Of a stretch of 64,000 nucleotides of DNA, positions 53,801 through 64,000 are shown piece after piece. The position numbers and the translations under genes were made by a program. This stretch comes from Antedon mediterranea. Its lineage: Eukaryota > Animalia > Echinodermata. The notes under the pieces were generated by a model, which was given only the letters and a program-made list of their open reading frames with translations, was not told the DNA's origin and ran no database searches. Each line of letters starts with the position of its first letter. Within the stretch, counting starts at the first letter, position 1. The stretch spans positions 8,710,201-8,774,200 of the forward strand of contig NC_092679.1 in assembly GCF_964355755.1 (NCBI RefSeq), in the 5' to 3' direction.

Positions 53801-56800
53801 AATCACAAAATTGTCTAAAACGTCTCCAAATGCGATTTGAAGCTATTCTGTACACTTTGATGTTTTTATGTTAACAAGTATTTTAGAAAATCACAAAATG
53901 GTCTATAATGTCTCTAAATGCGATTTGAAGCTATTCTAAGCACTTTGGTGTTTTTATGTTAACAAGTTTTTTCGAAAATCACAAAATGGTCTAAAACGTC
54001 TCCAAATGCGATTTGAAGCTATTTTAAGCACTTTGGTGTTTTTGTGTTAACAAGTTTTTCGAAATGCTCAAAATGGTCTAAAACGTCTCCAAATGCGATT
54101 TGAAGCTATTCTAAGCACTTTGGTGTTTTTATGTTAACAAGTTTTTTCGAAAATCACAAAATGGTCTAAAACGTCTCCAAATGCGATTTGAAGCTATTCT
54201 GTACACTTTGATGTTTTTATGTTAACAAGTTTTTTCGAAAATCACAAAATGGTCTAAAACGTTTCCAAATGCGATTTGAAGCTATTCTGTACACTTTGAT
54301 GTTTTGTGTGAAAATTTTCTGTCGAAATGCTCAAAATGGTCAAAAACGTTTTTAAATACGATATTAAGCTACTTTGTGCTCTTTGATGTTTTTGTGTGAA
54401 ATGTTTTATCGAAATGCTCAAAATGGTCTAAAACGGTTTCTAATGTGATTTCAAGCACTTTGATGTTTTTGTGTAACCAAGTTTTTCGAAAATCACAAAA
54501 TTGTCTAAAACGTCTCCAAATGCGATTTGAAGCTATTCTGTACACTTTGATGTTTTTATGTTAACAAGTTTTTCGAAAATCACAAAATGGTCTAAAACGT
54601 CTCCAAATGCGATTTTAAGCTATTCTAAGCACTTTGGTGTTTTTATGTTAACAAGTTTTTTTGAAAATCACAAAATGTTCTAAAACGTCTCTAAATGCGA
54701 TTTGAAGCTTTTCTGTACACTTTGATGTTTTTATGTTAACAACTTTTTTCGAAAATCACAAAATGGTCTAAAATGTCTCCAAATGCGATTTGAAGCTATT
54801 CTAAGCACTTTGGTGTTTTTATGGAAACAATTTTTTTCGAAAATCACAAAATGGTCTAAAACGTCTACAATAGCGATTTGAAGCTTTTCTGTACACTTTG
54901 GTGTTTTTATGTTAACAAGTTTTTTCGAAAATCACAAAATGGTCTAAAACGTCTCCAAATGCGATTTGAAGCTATTTTAAGCACTTTGGTGTTTTTATCT
55001 TAACAAGTTTTTTCGAAAATCACAAAATGGTCTAAAACGTCTCCAAATGCGATTTGAAGCTATTCTAAGCACTTTGGTGTTTTTATGTTAACAAGTTTTT
55101 TCAAAAATCACAAAACGGTCTAAAACGTCTCCAAATGCGATTTGAAGCTATTCTGTACACTTTGATGTTTTTATGTTAACAAGTTTTTTCAAAAATCACA
55201 AAATGGTCTAAAACGTTTCCAAATGCGATTTGAAGCTATTCAAATAGCATTTGATGTTTTGTGTGAAAATTTTCTGTCGAAATGCTCAAAATGGTCAAAA
55301 ACGTTTTTAAATACGATATTAAGCTACTTTGTGCTCTTTGATGTTTTTGTGTGAAAAGTTTTACCGAAATGCTCAAAATGGTCTAAAACGGTTGCTAATG
55401 TGATTTCAAGCACTTTGATGTTTTTGTGTAACCAAGTTTTTCGAAAATCACAAAATTGTCTAAAACGTCTCCAAATGCGATTTGAAGCTATTCTGTACAC
55501 TTTGATGTTTTTATGTTAACAAGTTTTTTCGAAAATCACAAAAGAGTCTAAAATATCTCGAAATGCGATTTGAAGCTAATCTTAGCACATTGGTGTTTTT
55601 ATGTTAACAAGTTTTTTCGAAAATCACAAAATGGTCTAAAACGACTCCAAATGCGATTTGAAGCTATTCTGTATACTTTGGTGTTTTTATGTTAACAAGT
55701 TTTTTCGAAAATCACAAAATGGTCTAAAACGTCTCCAAATGCGATTTGAAACTATTCTGTACACTTTGATGTTTTTATGTTAACTAGTTTTTTCGAAAAT
55801 CACAAAATGGTCTAAAACGTCTACAAATGCGATTTGAAGCTATTCTGTACACTTTGATGTTTTTATGTTAACAAGTTTTTTCGAAAATCACAAAATGGTC
55901 TAAAACGTTTCCAAATGCGATTTGAAGCTATTCTGTACACTTTGATGTTTTGTGTGAAAATTTTATGTCGAAATGCTCAAAATGGTGAAAAACGTTTTTA
56001 AATACGATATTAAGCTACTTTGTGCTCTTTGATGTTTTTGTGTGAAATGTTTTATCGAAATGCTAAAAATGGTCTAAAACGGTTTCTAATGTGATTTCAA
56101 GCACTTTGATGTTTTTGTATAACCAAGTTTTTTCGAAAATCACAAAATGGTCTAAAACGTCTCCAAATGCGATTTGAAGCTATTCTGTACACTTTGATGT
56201 TTTTATGTTAACAAGTTTTTTCGAAAATCACAAAATGGTCTAAAACGTCTCCAAATGCGATTTGAAGCTATTCTGTACACTTTGATGTTTTTATGTTAAC
56301 AAGTTTTTCGAAAATCACAAAATGGTCTAAAACGTCTCCAAATGCGATTTTAAGCTATTCTAAGCACTTTGGTGTTTTTATCTTAACAAGTTTTTTCGAA
56401 AATCACAAAATGGTCTAAAACGTCTCCAAATGCGATTGAAGCTATTCTAAGCACTTTGGTGTTTTTATGTTAACAAGTTTTTTCAAAAATCACAAAACGG
56501 TCTAAAACGTCTCCAAATGCGATTTGAAGCTATTCTGTACACTTTGATGTTTTTATGTTAACAAGTTTTTTTGAAAATCACAAAATGGTCTAAAACGTCT
56601 CTAAATGCGATTTGAAGCTTTTCTGTACACTTTGATGTTTTTATGTTAACAACTTTTTTCGAAAATCACAAAATGGTCTAAAATGTCTCCAAATGCGATT
56701 TGAAGCTATTCTAAGCACTTTGGTGTTTTTATGGAAACAATTTTTTTCGAAAATCACAAAATGGTCTAAAACGTCTCCAATAGCGATTTGAAGCTTTTCT

Positions 56801-59800
56801 TTACACTTTGGTGTTTTTATGTTAACAAGTTTTTTCGAAAATCACAAAATGGTCTAAAACGTCTCCAAATGCGATTTGAAGCTATTCTGTACACTTTGAT
56901 GTTTTTATGTTAACAAGTTTTTTCGAAAATCACAAAATGGTCTAAAACGTCTACAAATGCGATTTGAAGCTATTCTAAGCACTTTTGTGTTTTTATGTTA
57001 ACAAGTTTTTTTCGAAAATCACAAAAATAAATGGTCTAAAACGTCTGCAAATGCGATTTGAAACTATTCTTAGCACATTGGTGTTTTTATTTAAACAAAT
57101 TTTTTCGAAACTCACAAAATGGTCTAAAACGTCTCCAAATGCGATTTGAAGCTATTTTAAGCACTTTGGTGTTTTTGTGTTAACAAGTTTTTCGAAATGC
57201 TCAAAATGGTCTAAAACGTTTTTAAACACGATATTAAGCTATTTTGTGCTCTTTGATGTTTTTTTGTGAAAAGTTTTAGCAAAATGCTCAAAATGGTCTA
57301 AAACGATTTCTAATGTGATTTTAAGCACTTTGATGTTTTTATGTTAACTAGTTTTTTCGAAAATCACAAAATGGTCTAAAACGTCTCCAAATGCGATTTG
57401 AAGCTATTTTAAGCACTTAGGTGCTTTTGTGTAACCAAGTTTTTTTTGAAAATCACAAAAGGGTCTAAAATGTCTCCAAATGTGATTTGAAGCTATTCTA
57501 AGCACTTTGGTGTTTTTATGGAAACAATTTTTTTCGAAAATCACAAAATGGTCTAAAACGTCTCCAATAGCGATTTGAAGCTTTTCTTTACACTTTGGTG
57601 TTTTTATGTTAACAAGTTTTTTCGAAAATCACAAAATGGTCTAAAACGTCTCCAAATGCGATTTGAAGCTATTCTGTACACTTTGATGTTTTTATGTTAA
57701 CTAGTTTTTTCGAAAATCACAAAATGGTCTAAAACGTCTACAAATGCGATTTGAAGCTATTCTGTACACTTTGATGTTTTTATGTTAACAAGTCTTTTCG
57801 AAAATCACAAAATGGTCTAAAACGTTTCCAAATGCGATTTGAAGCTATTCTGTACACTTTGATGTTTTGTGTGAAACTTTTCTGTCGAGATGCTCAAAAT
57901 GGTTAAAAACGTTTTTAAATACGATATTAAGCTACTTTGGACTCTTTGATGTTTTTGTGTGAAATGTTTTATCGAAATGCTCAAAATGGTCTAAAATGGT
58001 TTCTAATGTGATTTCAAGCAATTTGATGTTTTTGTATAACCAAGTTTTTCGAAAATCACAAAATTGTCTAAAACGTCTCCAAATGCGATTTGAAGCTATT
58101 CTGTACACTTTGATGTTTTTATGTTAACAAGTTTTTCGAAAATCACAAAATGGTCTAAAACGTCTCCAAATGCGATTTTAAGCTATTCTAAGCACTTTGG
58201 TGTTTTTATGTTAACAAGTTTTTTGAAAATCACAAAATGGTCTAAAACGTCTCCAAATGCGATTTGAAGCTATTCTGTACACTTTGATGTTTTTATGTTA
58301 ACAAGTTTTTTCGAAAATCACAAAATGGTCTAAAACGTCTACAAATGCGATTTGAAGCTATTCTAAGCACTTTTGTGTTTTTATGTTAACAAGTTTTTTC
58401 GAAAATCACAAAATGGTCTAAAACGTCTGCAAATGCGATTTGAAGCTATTCTTAGCACATTGGTGTTTTTATTTAAACAAATTTTTTCGAAACTCACAAA
58501 ATGGTCTAAAACGTCTCCAAATGCGATTTGAAGCTATTTTAAGCACTTTGGTGTTTTTGTGTTAACAAGTTTTTCGAAATGCTCAAAATGGTCTAAAACG
58601 TTTTTAAACACGATATTAAGCTATTTTGTGCTCTTTGATGTTCTTTTGTGAAAAGTTTTAGCGAAATGCTCAAAATGGTCTAAAACGATTTCTAATGTGA
58701 TTTTAAGCACTTTGATGTTTTTATGTTAACTAGTTTTTTCGAAAATCACAAAATGGTCTAAAACGTCTCCAAATGTAATTTGAAGCTATTCTAAGCACTT
58801 TGGTGTTTTTATGTTAACAGTTTTTTCGAAAATCACAAAATGGTCTAAAACGTTTCCAAATGCGATTTGAAGCTATTCTGTACACTTTGATGCTTTTATG
58901 GTAACAATTTTTTTAGAAAATCACAAAATGGTCTAAAACATCTCCAAATGCGATTTAAAGCTATTTTAAGCACTTTTGTGTTTTTGTGTAACCAAGTTTT
59001 TTCGAAAATCACAAAAGGGTCTAAAATGTCTCTAAATGCGATTTGAAGCTACTCTAAGCACTTTGGTGTTTTTATGTTAACAAGTTTTTTCGAAAATCAC
59101 AAAATGGTCTAAAATGTCTCCAAATGCGATTTGAAGCTATTCTGTACACTTTGCTGTTTTGTGTGAAAAATGTTTGTCGAAATCCTCAAAATGGTCAAAA
59201 ACGTTTTTAAATACGATATTAAGCTATTTTTTGCTCTTTGATGTTTTTGTGTGAAAAGTTTTATCGAAATACTCAAAATGGTCTAAAACGGTTTCTAATG
59301 TGATTTTAAGCACTTTGATGTTTTTGTGTAACCAAGTTTTTTCGAAAATCACAAAATGGTCTAAAATGTCTCCAAATGCGATTTGAAGCTATTCTAAGCA
59401 CTTTGGTGTTTTTATGGAAACAATTTTTTTCGAAAATCACAAAATGGTCTAAAACGTCTCCAATAGCAATTTGAAGCTTTTCTGTACACTTTGGTGTTTT
59501 TATGTTAACAAGTTTTTTCGAAAATCACAAAATGGTCTAAAACGTCTCCAAATGCGATTTGAAGCTATTCTGTACACTTTGATGTTTTTATGTTAACTAG
59601 TTTTTTCGAAAATCACAAAATGGTCTAAAACGTCTACAAATGCGATTTGAAGCTATTCTGTACACTTTGATGTTTTTATGTTAACAAGTCTTTTCGAAAA
59701 TCACAAAATGGTCTAAAACGTTTCCAAATGCGATTTGAAGCTATTCTGTACACTTTGATGTTTTGTGTGAAAATTTTCTGTCGAGATGCTCAAAATGGTT

Positions 59801-62800
59801 AAAAACGTTTTTAAATACGATATTAAGCTACTTTGGACTCTTTGATGTTTTTGTGTGAAATGTTTTATCGAAATGCTCAAAATGGTCTAAAATGGTTTCT
59901 AATGTGATTTCAAGCAATTTGATGTTTTTGTATAACCAAGTTTTTCGAAAATCACAAAATTGTCTAAAACGTCTCCAAATGCGATTTGAAGCTATTCTGT
60001 ACACTTTGATGTTTTTATGTTAACAAGTTTTTCGAAAATCACAAAATGGTCTAAAACGTCTCCAAATGCGATTTTAAGCTATTCTAAGCACTTTGGTGTT
60101 TTTATGTTAACAAGTTTTATGAAAATCACAAAATGGTCTAAAACGTCTCCAAATGCGATTTGAAGCTATTCTGTACACTTTGATGTTTTTATGTTAACAA
60201 GTTTTTTCGAAAATCACAAAATGGTCTAAAACGTCTACAAATGCGATTTGAAGCTATTCTAAGCACTTTTGTGTTTTTATGTTAACAAGTTTTTTCGAAA
60301 ATCACAAAATGGTCTAAAACGTCTGCAAACGCGATTTGAAGCTATTCTTAGCACATTGGTGTTTTTATTTAAACAAATTTTTTCGAAACTCACAAAATGG
60401 TCTAAAACGTCTCCAAATGCGATTTGAAGCTATTTTAAGCACTTTGGTGTTTTTGTGTTAACAAGTTTTTCGAAATGCTCAAAATGGTCTAAAACGTTTT
60501 TAAACACGATATTAAGCTATTTTGTGCTCTTTGATGTTCTTTTGTGAAAAGTTTTAGCGAAATGCTCAAAATGGTCTAAAACGATTTCTAATGTGATTTT
60601 AAGCACTTTGATGTTTTTATGTTAACTAGTTTTTTCGAAAATCACAAAATGGTCTAAAACGTCTCCAAATGTAATTTGAAGCTATTCTAAGCACTTTGGT
60701 GTTTTTATGTTAACAGTTTTTTCGAAAATCACAAAATGGTCTAAAACGTTTCCAAATGCGATTTAAAGCTATTTTAAGCACTTTTGTGTTTTTGTGTAAC
60801 CAAGTTTTTTCGAAAATCACAAAAGGGTCTAAAATGTCTCTAAATGCGATTTGAAGCTACTCTAAGCACTTTGGTGTTTTTATGTTAACAAGTTTTTTCG
60901 AAAATCACAAAATGGTCTAAAATGTCTCCAAATGCGATTTGAAGCTATTCTGTACACTTTGCTGTTTTGTGTGAAAAATGTTTGTCGAAATCCTCAAAAT
61001 GGTCAAAAACGTTTTTAAATACGATATTAAGCTATTTTTTGCTCTTTGATGTTTTTGTGTGAAAAGTTTTATCGAAATACTCAAAATGGTCTAAAACGGT
61101 TTCTAATGTGATTTTAAGCACTTTGATGTTTTTGTGTAACCAAGTTTTTTCGAAAATCACAAAATGGTCTAAAATGTCTCCAAATGCGATTTGAAGCTAT
61201 TCTAAGCCCTTTGGTGTTTTTATGGAAACAATTTTTTTCGAAAATCACAAAATGGTCTAAAACGTCTCCAATAGCAATTTGAAGCTTTTCTGTACACTTT
61301 GGTGTTTTTATGTTAACAAGTTTTTTCGAAAATCACAAAATGGTCTAAAACGTCTCCAAATGCGATTTGAAGCTATTCTGTACACTTTGATGTTTTTATG
61401 TTAACAAGTTTTTTATAAAATCACAAAATGGTATAAAACGTCTCCAAATGCGATTTGAAGCTATTCTGTACACTTTGATGTTTTTATGTTAACAAGTTTT
61501 TTCGAAAATCACAAAAGGGTCTAAAATGTCTCGAAATGCGATTTGAAGCTATTATAAGCACTTTGGTGTTTTTATGTTAACAAGTTTTTTCGAAAATCAC
61601 AAAATGGTCTAAAACGTCTCCAAATGCGATTTGAAGCTATTCTAAGCACTTTGGTGTTTTTATGTTAACAAGTTTTTTCGAAAATCACAAAATGGTCTAA
61701 AACGTCTCCAAATGCGATTTGAAGCTATTCTGTACACTTTGATGTTTTTATGTTAACTAGTTTTTTCGAAAATCACAAAATGGTCTAAAACGTCTACAAA
61801 TGCGATTTGAAGCTATTCTGTACACTTTGATGTTTTTATGTTAAGTGGTCTTTTCGAAAATCACAAAATGGTCTAAAACGTCTCCAAATGCGATTTGAAG
61901 CTATTCTGTACACTTTGATGTTTTTATGTTAAGTGGTCTTTTCGAAAATCACAAAATGGTCTAAAACGTCTACAAATGCGATTTGAAGCTATTCTGTACA
62001 CTTTGATGTTTTTATGTTAACAAGTTTTTTCGAAAATCACAAAATGGTCTAAAACGTCTCTAAATGCGATTTGAAGCTACTCTAAGCACTTTGGTGTTTT
62101 TATGTTAACAAGTTTTTTCGAAAATCACAAAATGGTCTAAAATGTCTCCAAATGCGATTTGAAGCTATTCTGTACACTTTGCTGTTTTTTGTGAAAAATG
62201 TTTGTCGAAATCCTCAAAATGGTCTAAAACGTTTTTAAACACGATATTAAGCTATTTTGTGCTTTTTGATGTTTTTTTGTGAAAAGTTTTAGCAAAATGC
62301 TCAAAATGGTCTAAAACGATTTCTAATGTGATTTTAAGCACTTTGATGTTTTTATGTTAACTAGTTTTTTCGAAAATCACAAAATGGTCTAAAACGTCTC
62401 CAAATGTAATTTGAAGCTATTCTAAGCACTTTGGTGTTTTTATGTTACCAAGTTTTTTCGAAAATCACAAAATGGTCTAAAACGTTTCCAAATGCGATTT
62501 GAAGCTATTCTGTACACTTTGATGCTTTTATGGTAACAAGTTTTTTAGAAAATCACAAAATGGTCTAAAACATCTCCAAATGCGATTTAAAGCTATTTTA
62601 AGCACTTTTGTGTTTTTGTGTAACCAAGTTTTTTCGAAAATCACAAAAGGGTCTAAAATGTCTCTAAATGCGATTTGAAGCTACTCTAAGCACTTTGGTG
62701 TTTTTATGTTAACAAGTTTTTTCGAAAATCACAAAATGGTCTAAAATGTCTCCAAATGCGATTTGAAGCTATTCTGTACACTTTGCTGTTTTGTGTGAAA

Positions 62801-64000
62801 AATGTTTGTCGAAATCCTCAAAATGGTCAAAAACGTTTTTAAATACGATATTAAGCTATTTTGTGCTCTTTGATGTTTTTGTGTGAAAAGTTTTATCGAA
62901 ATACTCAAAATGGTCTAAAACGGTTTCTAATGTGATTTCAAGCACTTTGATGTTTTTGTGTAACCAAGTTTTTCGAAAATCACAAAATTGTCTAAAACGT
63001 CTCCAAATGCGATTTGAAGCTATTCTGTACACTTTGATGTTTTTATGTTAACAAGTTTTTTATAAAATCACAAAATGGTATAAAACGTCTCCAAATGCGA
63101 TTTGAAGCTATTCTGTACACTTTGATGTTTTTATGTTAACAAGTTTTTTCGAAAATCACAAAATGGTCTAAAACGTCTCCAAATGCGATTTGAAGCTATT
63201 CTAAGCACTTTGGTGTTTTTATGTTAACAAGTTTTTTCGAAAATCACAAAATGGTCTAAAACGTCTCCAAATGCGATTTGAAGCTATTTTAAGCACTTTG
63301 GTGCTTTTGTGTAACCAAGTTTTTTCGAAAATCACGAAATGGTCTAAAACGTCTCCAAATGCGATTTGAAGCTATTCTAAGCACTTTGGTGTTTTTACGT
63401 TAACAAGTTTTTTCGAAAATCACAAAATGGTCTAAAACGTCTCCAAATGCGATTTGAAGCTATTCTGTACACTTTGATGTTTTTATGTTAACAAGTTTTT
63501 TCGAAAATCAAAAAATGGTCTAAAACGTCTACAAATGCGATTTGAAGCTATTCTAAGCACTTTTGTGTTTTTATGTTAACAAATTTTTTCGAAACTCACA
63601 AAATGGTCTAAAACGTCTCCAAATGCGATTTGAAGCTATTTTAAGCACTTTGGTGTTTTTGTGTTAACAAGTTTTTCGAAATGCTCAAAATGGTCTAAAA
63701 CGTTTTTAAACACGATATTAAGCTATTTTGTGCTCTTTGATGTTTTTTTGTGAAAAGTTTTAGCGAAATGCTCAAAATGGTCTAAAACGATTTCTAATGT
63801 GATTTTAAGCACTTTGATGTTTTTATGTTAACTAGTTTTTTCGAAAATCACAAAATGGTCTAAAACGTCTCCAAATGTGATTTGAAGCTATTCTAAGCAC
63901 TTTGGTGTTTTTATGTTAACAGTTTTTTCGAAAATCACAAAATGGTCTAAAACGTTTCTAAATGCGATTTTAAGCTATTCTGTACACTTTGATGTTTTTA
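44827..64000 (+). repeat. 88-bp tandem satellite array, segment 4 (continues beyond window end)
   Basis: Same monomer family and higher-order variants up to the last base. Confidence 0.98.

Noticed and set aside
1-64000. CRISPR array interpretation of the regular repeats
   Set aside because: The whole 88-bp unit repeats, with no unique spacers, leader or cas genes.

Overview
Non-coding, AT-rich eukaryotic (probably animal) DNA. About 93% of the window is a head-to-tail satellite of an 88-bp monomer (ATGGTCTAAAACGTCTCCAAATGCGATTTGAAGCTATTCT[GTA/AAG]CACTTTG[A/G]TGTTTTTATGTTAACAAGTTTTTTCGAAAATCACAAA). There are roughly 680 copies (estimated from length), in one orientation as far as I can see, arranged as an irregular higher-order mosaic with many kb-scale duplications. 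Three insertions of non-autonomous DNA transposons interrupt the array. Two are near-identical 625/626-bp elements with TTAA target-site duplications (TSDs) and AG...CT ends (Kolobok-like). The third is a 3250-bp element with TAGG...CCTA ends and a 3-bp AAA TSD (Academ-like). The most notable observations: (1) the 3.25-kb element has four-block modular inverted ends with inner spacers of identical length (7 and 42 bp) but outer spacers differing by exactly 10 bp (27 vs 17); (2) the same satellite position that hosts this element carries a +A variant in six other copies and a deletion junction in two others, possibly excision scars spread by array duplication; (3) the small element carries a strong ZNF143/Staf-like promoter motif. 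I found no credible protein-coding gene, RNA gene or CRISPR array. All comparisons were made by eye.
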